From the NCBI RefSeq assembly GCF_009914755.1, contig NC_060929.1: a stretch of 64,000 nt of DNA. One strand, given 5' to 3'. How positions within the stretch are numbered: the first letter of the stretch is position 1; the number at the start of each line of letters is the position of its first letter. The notes under the pieces were generated by a model that saw only the letters and a list, made by a program, of their open reading frames with translations, was not told the DNA's origin and did no database searches. The position numbers and the translations under genes are program-made. This stretch comes from the human T2T-CHM13v2.0 reference genome, Homo sapiens. Below are positions 12,831 to 25,520 of the stretch, piece after piece.

Positions 12831-15079
12831 CACAGCCCCTCATTGTAGTTGTCCATAGTAAATGCCCAAGACTGTTCTGTGTGACTGAGAGACTGAGTGG
12901 AGAAATGAATGAATCGATAAATGTTACAATCCTTCAAAGCTTAGCTCTGTATGCTTGCAGTACTTATATCTTTATTCTCTTTGAGAGCTAAGGCCCAGTG
13001 ATTAAGAGCTCTGTACTTTGGAGTTAATAGACTAGGACTGAGGCTATTGTCTGCCATCAGCTGTGCAACTTGAATAGTTCCCTTAGCCTCTCCCAATCTG
13101 TTTCTTTATTTATAGAATTGAATAATAATGCTTACCCTTCTGAGTAGCTGGAACATTAAATGAGAGAATATATGTAATGCAATATTATCTGTCAGATCAT
13201 AGGTGCACCTTCTCCTAAGCCTTGCTAACAAATCTCCAGTTCTTGACTCCCACTCTTCAGAAAATGTTCCTTGGCTATTGTCTTGCTCTCCCCCTTAAAG
13301 CTATCTTAAGGAAATTGGTGATCTTGGTACTCCTTATAGACTATGAACCTTCCCAGAAATAAGGGGAGATACTAGATCGAAACCTGCTAAATTCAGTACC
13401 AAGTCCTGGCCATTTCAGCTTCTGAAAATCTCAAATCCATCCTGCTTTCTTCATCCCACAACTACAATCCCAGCCCAATTGCCCACTGACTCTGGCATGA
13501 ACTGAGTGTGGACCCATGCCTCTGGTCTTGTGGTATGTTCTTCCCACTGATGCCAAGCTTATTAAGTTGCCTGCAGTAGTGATTGTCACATAGAAAGCAA
13601 TCAGGAAACCTTTTTAATGAACACTTGCCCTCCAGATAAAACCTCAGGATAAAACCCAGTCTCCTTAGCCGATTTAAATTTTTTGTCACTTCTTTCATCA
13701 GGATCTTGTTCATGGGCCTCTCTGTACTTGGTCTCCAGGGACCTTTCCCCAATCCCAACGCAGCCAACTCCTGCTTGTCCCCAGAAGTCAGCTTAGCAGC
13801 TCTTCCTCCAAGAAGGCTTGCCCACCCACAGCTCTGGACCAGGAGTTCCCCCACCCCCATGGCCACCTGTACTGCCCCTCGCATGACAGGTATCCCATAC
13901 TCCAGTGAAAGTTCCTGTTGATTAGACAGGGAGCTCTCTGGACTTGTACCATTTCATGATCACTTCCCAAACATCTAGTGCAGTGCCTGGCATGCTACTT
14001 ATGTCAAATGAATAAACAAATGAACAATAATATCTGGAGAACCCTTCCTGTTCTTAAATTCTAGGGACCAACAAGACAGCAGGAGTCCGCTGGGTAGCTC
14101 TGCCCAACTCATTCAGCTTTCTTTTATAACCTAAGAATAAAAATAATCCCTGAAAAGGGAGGCATACGTTTTGAAAATAGCTCCATCATGCTGCAAATTG
14201 CCTAAGAAGATACTAAATTTTATTTATTCTAGATTTAAGGAATGAAAGTAATTACCCAATTGACAAAAACTCAAATCAGGTCTATGTACCCTTTCGTTAA
14301 TATTTTATTGATTGCTACCATATTTTAGTATATTAACAATGGAGAATTTGTTTTCTTAAAGTATTCAAAATAATACATATTTGCAAAAATATTCTTAAAG
14401 CAAGTTGCCACGATTCATTTCCTGCCAAATCCATTAGGTTTTATGTTTTGTACTTCATCCCAGTGAGATTTTAATAACATAAGTCCACACTGTGAGGGAA
14501 AGTACAGTAAAATCCTAACATAATGCTATACATGTGATCCAAAAATTCATTTGCATAAAACGCCAGATCAGATATTGAAAGATTAATGAAATGACCTAGT
14601 AAGCCTTCTGTAGAGAATAAGAACACGTCTTCCATCAAATTATATCTAATGTCATATAGTTCTAGGGTGCACTACATTATTAGAAGTTTCACTGGAGTTT
14701 CCATTCTTATTCTGGGTTACCACTCTCTGACCACTTACCCTCAACATGCTCTTTTTAATCATTCAACTAATTCAGCAAGTATTTAATAAGCACCACTCTA
14801 TACAAGGCTTGTATACTATAAGCCTCTTTCTTCCTTTCTCTGTATCTTTTAAAATTATTCTCAGAAAATATTTAGTAGGATATAGAACATAGTTGCACAG
14901 CATAGCTTAGGTTCTAGAACCCAACAGACCCACCAATCCACCTCTACTAGCTCCATGACCAAGAAGAGGGGCCTGATCTTTTACTGCAGACTCCAAGGCT
15001 TGTAGAGCCCTGAAGATGGTAACCAGTGCCAATTGAGACTGCATAATAGGGTTATTATGGTCAAGAGACTGTTCAACAA

Positions 15080-15275
15080 ATGGACCTAGATTTGACTACT
15101 GGCTCTAACGATCTCTGGCAAGTTACTTAACCTGATCCTCAGTTTCCCTAGCTGCAGAATGTGACTATTAATAATATCTACCTCACAGGGTTCTTGAAAA
15201 AGTTAAATGAACTGTTGCATGGAGCATTGGTCATGGTGCCTGGCTATCATGAGTCCTCAATAAATGGCAGCTATT
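15080..15275 (+). mobile_element. MIR
   Basis: ggcaagttacttaacct...cctcagtttccc...atatctacctcacagggtt MIR core. Confidence 0.7.
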
Positions 15276-15985
15276 ATGATTATGATTATGATGAGATGAT
15301 TATTGCTATTATTTCAAAGTGAGATCACATAAAGCATAAAGAAGCCCAGATGATTTATGGCCTCAAATTCACTGAGCACAAAGCCAAATTTTTCCCTTTC
15401 CACCTTTTGCTGTGGCTCGATTCAATTATTCCTATCCACTTCTTTGATAGTTAATACAGAAGCTCAAACCTGGCCGGGCTTTCAGCCTTGCCCTACTCTT
15501 TCATCAGATTCTCACTGCTGCCCCGTTCCATCTAACAGAACAAAGAGGCTCTTGGTCAGAAGGGGCTCCTTGATGTTCTTTGACCTTCTCTTTTAAAATA
15601 AAACTTGTCTGGGCATTTACTGCATGAGGGATTGGGCAAACAAATAGCAATTTAAAACAGAGTTTAAAGGACAGGCAAGTGAAGTATAACCTTTCACAGC
15701 AAACTTCTGCTGCACACCTCTGTCCTAGTTTATAGCATTACAGCTAAAAAACACAGATCTCTCCAAATTGAACTTAAAAGTAATTGTCATATCAGGCTTA
15801 CTCTTGCTTTTTTATTCAGGCCTGCAGTATGACCTGCCTTTTATCATTTCTGGTCCTCTTCTGAAAATACATGCTCCTACAACTTACAATATAGTATGAT
15901 AGATAATAGAATTAAAAAATTTTATAGTGGGAAGGTAGCGCTTTGGATCAACATGTTCGGTCATCTGCCTGCTGCCAGGTTAGGT

Positions 15986-16116
15986 TCTTTTTTAAAAATT
16001 TTTTTGTAAAGACAGGTCTCATTATGTTGCCCAGGCTAGTTTCGAGCTCCTGGGCTCAAGGGATCTTCCCTCCTCTGCCTGGGATTACAAGCATGAACTA
16101 CCACACCCGGCCCAGG
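15986..16116 (-). mobile_element. Alu monomer (FLAM-like)
   Basis: Single reverse Alu left-arm sequence with T-rich tail. Confidence 0.8.
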
Positions 16117-16766
16117 CTAGGTTCTTAATAGTTCTGTGTAGAACATGAGAGAAGGTAATGGCCAAAGACTTCTTACCAGCTGGCACTTTGGTCTCAAATT
16201 CCAGTATTCTTTCCACAAACAGTTAACTAATATTCACTGATTACCTGTTATATGCCAGGCTGTATTTTTCTGATACTGGAACTACAATGTTGCACCCAGC
16301 ATAAACATGGCCAGGCCTGCCCTCATGGAGACCTAATTGGTAAGAGCAAACACCAACCAAATAATCACACAAATTAAAGTAAGATTGCAACTCTGATGAG
16401 GGGTGTAAGGTGCCCTGACAGGTCAATCCTAGAGGATTTTTTTCCTCATGGAAGCCAGGGAAGATCCCTCTGAGGAAGTGATGCCTCCTCTGAGATCTCA
16501 GAAGCTGAAGGCAGGGTGGTGGGAGTCTGGGGACATTCCAGGCAGAGGGGATTGGCCTCTGGTAGGAAAGAGAAAATAATATATGAGGGATGGAGATGGG
16601 GAGATGGGCAGTGTGTCTGGGGCCAAGAGCATGAGAAAAGATGTGTAAGAGATGATGCTGGAGGGGCCAGCAGAGGCCAGGCTACACAGAGCTTTCTGGG
16701 ACAAGTAAGGAGTTTGCGGTTTTATCCCAAGCAATGAAAAGACACTGAAAGCTTAGAGGGGGTGAC

Positions 16767-17138
16767 TGATATGGTTTGGCTCTGTGTCCCTACCCAAATC
16801 TCAGCTTGAATTGTAATCTCCATGTGTCAAGGGGGGAACCTGGTGGAAGGTGATTGGATCATGGGGGCAGTTTCCCTCATGCTGTTCTCGTGATAAGTGA
16901 GTTCTCACCAGAGCTGGTGGTTTTAAAGCATGGCACTTTCTCAAGCTCTCTCTCTCTCTTTCTCTCCCCTGCTGCCATGTAAGATGTGCCTTGCTTCCCC
17001 TTCACCTTCCACCAAGATTGTAAGTTTCCTGAGGCCTCCCCAGCCATTTGGAACTGTGAGTCAATTAAACCTCCTTTGTTTATGTATTACTCAGTCTCAA
17101 GTACTATCTTTAGAGCAGTGTGAAAACGGACTAATACA
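16767..17138 (+). mobile_element. THE1 (THE1D-like) solo LTR with perfect 5-bp TSD, in GRXCR2 intron 2
   Basis: Starts TGATATGGTTTGGCTCTGTGTCC and ends GGACTAATACA; GTGAC duplicated at 16762-16766 and 17139-17143. Inserted into an L2-like relic. Confidence 0.92.
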
Positions 17139-18181
17139 GTGACAAAGGGGGTGACCTAATCAGATTACATTTAAAAATATCTTTTTGAGTGTGGGGGCAG
17201 GTTGGAAAGGTACCTGAATGGATGTGAGTGGAACTTTCAGAACCTTTTGCTAGAGTCCCAGTTGCTTATGCTCTAGGGGAAGGGAAGGAGAGGTAGAAAG
17301 GAAGAGAGAAAAAAGTAGATTTTAGAGAAATTGTGGAGAGGTAGATAGACTTATGATATGGGAGAAATGAGATAAGAAGGAGCCTTTGGTGCCTCTTGTC
17401 TAAGGCCATTACTCAAAGCCCAGTCATGACCTTCTTGTTCTCATCATCTGAACCCTCCCAGAGTAGAGACATCACTCAAGTTCCAGAAAGCCCCTGACCA
17501 ATTTTTTCATAGCAATCCCAGGAGATTACAGTGAATCCCACAGAAAACATCAAGTCCCAGGAGATGGAATCTAAGAGAGAGAAAATTCATTCATCCAGCT
17601 ACCCAAGCTTTTAATCTTTCGGCTTAAATGCATCAAAATTGCTTCCTCCACCCCCAACCTCACACTGTGAATGAACGAATATCAGCCCTCCTCCCCCTGG
17701 TCTGAGCATGTCTGAGCTATGGTTTCCAAGGTGGTGCGTGCACACTTCTAAGGGGTATGAGAGGAAAACATTGGAATATTCATATTTACTTTTTATCTAC
17801 AATTAGGCAGATATTAAGCTTTATTAACATTTTTAAAAGAATTTTTATACTAACTTTTAATAAACTTGTGGACACTGACAGCCATATTAGGTCAGGCAGT
17901 CACTAGACAAGTGTGGTACCCAAGGGACCCTGGAGTAAGAGTGATGTTCAAATGTTGCTGACAGTAGCGTCCAGCTCACTTGTTCACTTTCAGCACATTG
18001 CAACATGTTGCAGTTTACTTGTGCCTGGTCTAGTGGATTTACAAAGGATACTCCTTAGTTTTAGCTAAACTAATCTGCCAAATGGAATCATGACTTTACA
18101 TGATGTCTTCCAGGAGACTATGGATCAAGGATAACACCAATAATAGAAGAACAAGTGAACCCATAAGAAAAGATAGGGCCA

Positions 18182-18495
18182 GGCCAGGCACGGTGGCTCA
18201 TGCTTGTAATCCCAGCACTTTGGGAGGCCGAGGCAGATGGAGCACTTGAAGACAGGAGTTCGGGACCAGCCTGGACAACATGGTGAAACCCCATCTCTAT
18301 TAAAAATAAAAAAAAAATTAGACAGGCATGGTGGTGGGTGCCTGAAATCCCAGCTACTCAGGAGGCTGAGGCAGGAGAATCACTTATCCAGGAGACAGAG
18401 GTTGCAGTGAGCAAAGATCACGCCATTGAGATCCTGCCCAGGCAAAAAGAGTGAAACTCCTTCTCAAAAAAAAAAAAAAAAAGAAAGAAAGAAAA
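18182..18495 (+). mobile_element. Alu (AluS-like) with TSD
   Basis: Alu dimer; TSD aagaaaagatagggc (18165-18179) / aagaaaatatagggc (18496-18510). Confidence 0.95.
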
Positions 18496-18831
18496 AAGAA
18501 AATATAGGGCTGATATTTTTTTCCACCTCTAGAACCAGCTGTTCATAAACCACACTGCACAGTGAAAACAATAAATATTTAATCAGATCTAAAAAGAAGT
18601 CAGCCAAAAAATTAAAAATTTAGAGTATCTGAAATATGGACTTATAACTGCTATTGCTAACAATGTACCATTAAAATATAACAAATGTTAAAATTCCTCA
18701 TATCTTCAAGTTTAGGTATCTTAAGTATTCATATTCAAAAGGTTTTACTTAAGCAGTGCACAATCAAGCCAGCTTGGAGACCATTGCTGTAGGGCCAGCT
18801 CCGAGCAGGACAGTCAAGCTCCCCAACGCAC

Positions 18832-19059
18832 CTGTGTATACCGGTTTTGGGGGAATGTGCTTTCTGCCTCCACCAAAGGTCTATCGTGCTGGTCCCTGCC
18901 TCCATAGCTTTCTTCTTTGTTCATCAGAGACTCTTCCTCAGCCTCCTCTTCCTTCTGGAGAATTTTCCTCACAAAATCTCTCTTGTCCATTGGGGTTCGA
19001 ATGATTTTCAGGTTATTAGTGTAGATGATTATCTTTCCAAAATCTATAATAGGTAGGGG
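18832..19059 (-). CDS. GRXCR2: GRXCR2 coding exon 2 (aa 113-188)
   Basis: Not in the ORF track; translated by hand. Acceptor catttctcTAG|CCC, 228 nt open frame PLPIIDFGKIIIYTNNLKIIRTPMDKRDFVRKILQKEEEAEEESLMNKEESYGGRDQHDRPLVEAESTFPQNRYTQ, donor CAG|GTGCGT. Phase 0 at both ends. Confidence 0.96.
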
Positions 19060-19459
19060 CTAGAGAAATGGAGAATGAGCATGGAAACTTTACCACCAAT
19101 CACCAAGTAGAGGGCTGCAGAACCTGTCCAACATACCAGGAAACAGCAGAGAAGGAACTTCTACCACCCAGCATTTTTGATCCCATCAGACCCCAAAGTC
19201 ACAGTTCATTCCCTGGTCTGTTTGCTCTCTCTAAAAGCCATGAAAGCCAGTTTCCTTCTTCCTGTTGATGGTGACCAATCAAAGCTGAACTACTCAGAGT
19301 ATGAGAGTCTGGAGGGCAGGGGCTAGAGCTTCTATTTGTACTGCATACCCCAACAGCCAATGCAGGGCTGGGTACAATGAGTGTTTAATAAATACAGAGG
19401 GACACTTTTTCATTTTATATAAATATCTCTCCAATTTTTTACCAGCATAAATAATAATA

Positions 19460-19715
19460 TTAGTAGATACCATTTACTGAGCACTATTTGTGTCTCAGGC
19501 ATCATGCTAAGCATTTTACCAACATTGCCTCAGTTTCTCCCCAAACATCCCTATGAGGCAGATGCTATAGTTTCCACATTTTAAGGTGAGGAGACTGAGA
19601 CTCAGTGGGGTTAAGTGCCCCACCAAGGTGACAGAGTTACTCGGGCACTGTAACTAGAATTGGAACCCAAGTCTGTCACCCTAAAGCCCATATTTTTACC
19701 ACCTATATCACACTA
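19460..19715 (-). mobile_element. MIR
   Basis: atttactgagcact...aggtgaggagactgagactcag...caaggtgacagag...gaacccaagtctg reverse MIR. Confidence 0.7.
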
Positions 19716-21715
19716 TTTAAAAGTATTTCCCCCCCAAAAAATACGATCATAATATATACTCTGTTGCAACCTATTTTTTCATTAGCTATATAATATGAAA
19801 ATCATCTATGCCAATAAATAGACTTCTAAAGCATCATTATTAATAGCTTTTGTTCTCTTGCATGGATTTGTCATGTGTTACTTAATCATTTGCTCAGGAA
19901 TAAACCTGGACAATATCACAATGCAGTAGAGAGGACTGGAGGGTAACTGTTTAGAAATTACTTTAAATAGAAGACTGCCTGACTGCAGCATCTAAACAGA
20001 TTTGGTTTATACAGTTCTGTAAGCAGGGAAGAGTATTTCATGCTGAGATATTTAGTTGTGTAGTGTGATTGTGACATACGGGAAAGTCATGTAACCTCTC
20101 AACTTCAGTTTGCTAATTTGCAAAGGGGCTGATATCCAGCTGGTAGGCATCACCACAATCAAGCTAGTGATTAAAATACAGAAATGCTTCCATACTGAGT
20201 GGTAAACATGTGTTGTCCTGAGACTCCTGAGTGCCCTCCAATTACCCCAGCCTCCCTTCAGGGAGCCTCTAACATCCCTAAACCTAGTGATGTAAGAGTT
20301 AATACTTAGGGACCCAAGTCTCAGTACTCTTCTCCAACACTCTATTGGCTTCTCTGCTGATTGAGCAATGTTCCTGTGGTTAAATATGTTTACTTTCATC
20401 CCTGAGGCTAATTATATCAACTTCTGGGGGTGGGAGGTACCACGAAAAACATATAAAATAGTGTTTTTATTTTATATGTTGATTGTCACAATCTGCACAA
20501 TATGCAGATTGTGAGAACTGTTGCCATTGTTATTATTTAAAATTATTCTTCTGTAGTGCATGCACAATCATACTACACAACTCAATACCTCAGCATGAAG
20601 TATTCTGCCCTGCTTATAGGACTGTATAAACCAAATCTATTTATACGCTAAAGTTAAGCAGTCTTGTATTTAAAAGATATTCAGCCAAAACCTGGCTTGA
20701 GCAAGACTTCAATATTCAGGCTCTCTTTCTTGAAACACCCATGGAGTTTTCAATAATTATTTATTAAGCCACAAGCTTCCTATCTGGCCCGATTTTCTCT
20801 CCCTTTCTTCAAGGGATCGTGTAGCAGCTTCCATTTCCTATTGTTTTATGCAGGCTGGATTCTTATTTCACACTCTGGACTATCAGTTTCTGAATATCAG
20901 AAGATAAGGATGGTGGTACTTTTCGAAGGTTCCATTTCTACTTCCAGTAATAGCCAATGAGGTTCAGTTACTAGGAAGCTTTTCATCTCTAGAGCTGATT
21001 TTTTTCAAGACAAAACTCTCAATACGCTAAAAGAATCTGAGATCACCTACTCCAAACCCCTGTTTCTGAGCTGCTCAATGTCTGAGACACCCAAGATAGC
21101 AAGTTTATTTTTTGATGTACCCCAAAGATGGAGGGTCTCAAGTCACTTTTAAGGTGTGTTTAAGTTTTAGTTACCCTGATAGGCAAATTCTTCCTTGTGT
21201 CTAAGGAAACTCTATGGTTGTAATGAAAGTTCACGTTACGTGGTTACATCAAATGTCAATGGGGAACACCCAGTCCTACATGATAGAGGGCCAGGAAAAA
21301 GCCAAGAATTTTTCATTTCCTTACTAGTGCACAGAATGGCAACCTGTGTGATTGAGCACTTGTAAATACTCTTTTGTCTGTGGCAACATAACTAGAGATT
21401 ATTGATCAGGCACTATTAAATCTTTCCACTGCTCTGTTTTTAAATGCAGAAAGCCTTATTGGGTACTAGAAATTCAGTGGGCTTTGGAGATAGACAGACC
21501 TGAGTTCAGATTGTATTAAAATGTTGTTTGACAACTGTATGAGGTTTGCAAGTTAGTTAATCCTTATGAACTTCCGTTTTTCCAATCTGTAAAACACTCA
21601 TAGAAATGTTGTGAAGATGAAATTATGCAATATGTATAAAGTAGGTGTTCAGTAAATGTTACCTCCCTTCCTTTTCCCTTCCATTTTCTTTGAACCTTAT
21701 AAACTTCAGTTTTAA

Positions 21716-22187
<472 letters not shown>

Positions 22188-22389
22188 TGAGCTTCTTATG
22201 TGTTATCTTTTAAAATCATCACAACAACTCTTAAGCAACTCCTTTGATTACCCTCATATCACAATGACGTTGAAGGTCAACAGGGTTAACTAGCTTGTTC
22301 GAGCTTACCCAGTAAATGGGTAGGACTGAACATCAAGCTCAGGTTTGACAGGTATCAAAGTCCTTGTTTTTTAAAAAGATATATATATA

Positions 22390-22895
22390 TATTATCATGG
22401 TAATCTGTACATAACATAGAATTTACCATTTTAACCCTTTCTAAGTGTACAACTCAGTGACATTAAGTGCATTCACATTACTGTGCAGCCATGACCACCA
22501 TTCATCTCCAGAACGTTTTCTTCTTCCCAAATTGAAACTCTGTATCCATTAAACAATGACTCTTCTTCTCCCCTGCCCCCAGCCCCTGCCAACCACCATT
22601 CTACTTGCTGTCTGTATGATTTTGACTGCTCTAGGTACCTCAAATAAGTGCAATCATACAGTATTTGTGTTTTTGTGACTGGCTTATTTCATTTAGTATA
22701 ATGTCTTCAAGGGTCAACCACATTGTGCATGTGTCAAAATGGCCTTCCTTTTCAAGACTGAATAATATTGTGTTGTATGTACATACCGCATCTTGTTTAT
22801 CCATTCATCAGTCTATGGACATTTGGGTTCTTTCCACCTTTAGGCAATTGAGAATAATGCTGCTATGAACAATGTTGTACATATATCTGTTTGAG
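22390..22895 (-). mobile_element. Old L1 (L1MB-type) 3' UTR fragment
   Basis: aatttaccattttaacc...gactggcttatttcatttag...gaataatgctgctatgaaca reverse L1M 3' end. Confidence 0.8.
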
Positions 22896-23276
22896 TTCAG
22901 AGCCCTTGCTTTGAATTATTGCACTTAATTGCTACCCAATGTGGTCTCATAGCCAATATTTACTAGGAAGTGTTTTACATTTGGATTCGTTATTGAAAAG
23001 TCATGACATTAGCTCTCATTTTCTTCTTTTTCATAAATACCACATTGACAAATGATTCCAGGGTGTGCAGCTACATGAATCCATCCTGGTCACTCTCATG
23101 CTCAGAAGCTGGCTATGATTGGGATGGGGCACTTGATCAGGAAACAAAGAAAACAGAGATAATGAGGCCAAGCAGGAATCAGACCTTCAACATGGCCTCT
23201 AAAACACATAGAGTACTGTGTTTTAACCAACTGAGCCATGCTGCCATGAAGACTCATTTACCTAGATTTATAAATT

Positions 23277-23418
23277 CTATAGTCCTAGCTACCAGAGAGG
23301 CTGAGGCAGGAGGATCCCTTGAGCCCAGGAGTTTGAGATTGCTGTGAGTTATGATCATACCACTGCACTCCAGCCTGGTTGACAGATGAGACCCTGTCTC
23401 TAAAAAAGAAAAAAAAAA
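23277..23418 (+). mobile_element. Alu right-arm fragment
   Basis: tagtcctagctacc...gagaccctgtctc plus A tail. Confidence 0.85.
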
Positions 23419-24963
23419 TTATACATTTTCATAAATGCTAAATGTAGCACATGACTTATGAAGATCAAGCAACCCAAAATTTATCTACTGTGGCCTTGTA
23501 TAAGGTTTGCATGAACTGTGACTTTGTAAATTCTAAATCTACAAATAAGACATAGTTAAAAAGAAATAGTATAAGTACAAGACTAGCCAAGTGCCTAGGA
23601 CCTAATAAGCACTCAACAAATGGTAGCTATTATTATTATGTAATAATATGGTTCTCTAAAAAAAGGAACATGCCCTAAAGCAAAACATTTGTAGCATCAG
23701 AAGATCTGGATTCTTATTCTGACTCTGTACCCAATGACCCTGTAGTATCAGATGGATCCCTTAACAACTTGGCACTCAATTTTTCTCTTCTGCAAAATGG
23801 GAATGACCATACTTTGGCCTTTCTCCCCAAGGTTATAGTAAAGACCCAATGCCATAGATATAGACAGAGATAGTACATGATGACACTTTGTACTGCATAC
23901 GTCACCCCATTAAGATAAGAGGTCATTCATTTCAGCCCCTTTTAATATCAAAAACAAGCCTAGTGTTATCTTCGGTAATTGTGAACATGCCCATAATTAT
24001 ACTTTTACCAATGCCAGTAAAGCCAGTAATACATTTGTCTGCAATAGATGTGTTATCTATTCCCTTAGGAAACTAACAATAAAAATAATTCAAGAGTAAT
24101 TATCTGGCTTTCACACTTTAAAGATGAGAACACATCCTGGTGTGCTATTCATTAATAATGTGGATACATTATATAATTGTATTTTATCTTTTTTAAGAAG
24201 TCATTCATGGTCCCACTGACAGCATATATACATCTCCTATGAATTTTTGGATACCAGTGTATGTTTTCCAGGTTCTACCTTAAAAGAAAATCATGTATGG
24301 ACTTTTGATTATCCATGGTACTGGGAAGTAATTGAAATTCATAGATTAAACACATTCTTCAATCGAACCATTAGCTCAAACTTCTTCCTCACATAACATA
24401 TCCTCTGGCTGATTTGCGTTTCACCATCCCTTCCCAGGACTCCAACTACCCAGAGCTTATGCTAAGGAGCAATGGAAAGGAAAAATAAATAGACAAAGCA
24501 GGCAGTATGAGGAAGGCAATAGGGGTAAAAAACAAGACATGGATAAACTGCAAGCTGAGTAATTGGCTGGAGTAAAATGAGCACTTTCAAATACTCAGCT
24601 CTTTCAGGAAACAAAACGACTGCATAATTGTCTAAAACTGCAGTCTGACAACCTGAAAACCACTGCACCTCTATTTAATTTACATTCCAGGAAAACTCAG
24701 TCAAAGATCCAATTACAATGTATTACCTTGGATGGAATTTGAATACTATATATGCTCATTGCACTTTCCAATTAGTAGTCAACAAGCATGTTATTTTTAC
24801 CCCAGAAATATTCGTCTAATAACAACTTCCCATTTGGTGCACCAACAGTTCTGGTTGGTACCGGAGGGGGAGCAAGACACAAATCTGAACCATTTAGGAG
24901 TTTCTCTAAACACGTTTTAGGAAGCCCTACCCTTAAAGCCTATATGCCATGCACAATACCAAC

Positions 24964-25299
24964 CTTATGGTCATTCGCCTTGTAATCGTTGAACCGAGGC
25001 TGGCCGCCTGCCAAGGTGTAGGCATTACCCTCTCTAAACACACTGATCCTCTGAGCAGTCAGCTTAGGGGAGCACATCTGGGGCCTGGGGACTTCCCCAG
25101 ACCCATAAACACCATCCATTGTTTCAAGAGACTCTTGCAGAAAACTGTGAGGGTATTCCTCCTTTGGTGACTCTAATTCCTGCCCATCCTCAAAGACCTG
25201 CTTCAATACTCGACCGCTGTAGGAGGAGGAGATTTTAAATCGTACTTTCCGGGGTTTGCCATCACTCTTCTGATTCAGCTTTTTCTCAGGGTCCTCCAT
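24964..25299 (-). CDS. GRXCR2: GRXCR2 coding exon 1 (aa 1-112)
   Basis: Minus-strand ORF MEDPEKKLNQKSDGKPRKVRFKISSSYSGRVLKQVF...DYKANDHK matches the recalled human GRXCR2 N-terminus. It is 336 nt and ends at donor AAG|GTTGGT (GT at 24963-24962), phase 0. Confidence 0.97.
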
Positions 25300-25520
25300 C
25301 AGCAGAAAGTTGACCCTGTGGTCTCCAGCCTTCCGTGCAGCTGGTGAAACTTGGGCCTCTGAGAAAAAGGCATTTTATTTTCTCTCCTCCTGCATATAAT
25401 TAATTCAAGTTGTTGCTGGGGTATGGTCAGTTTACAGCAACTGACACCCATACATTAAATATTGATAGACCCTCATGAAAAGGCAGGTGATTCTGGTTTG
25501 ATGGAGTGGATGGAATATAA
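25300..25520 (-). promoter_or_regulatory. Putative GRXCR2 5'UTR/proximal promoter (non-CpG-island type)
   Basis: Unique sequence immediately upstream of the ATG. It has AT-rich TATA-like tracts (25374-25380, 25394-25405), an E-box CAGCTG (25338-25343) and an ATAATTAAT homeo/POU core (25396-25404). TSS not determinable. Confidence 0.5.

Noticed and set aside
13462-13970. 140-aa and overlapping ORFs in GRXCR2 intron 2
   Set aside because: No homology I recognise, no convincing splice signals; length compatible with chance.
24940-24963. ORF-track extension VGIVHGI of GRXCR2 exon 1
   Set aside because: Intronic read-through past the GT donor at 24963.
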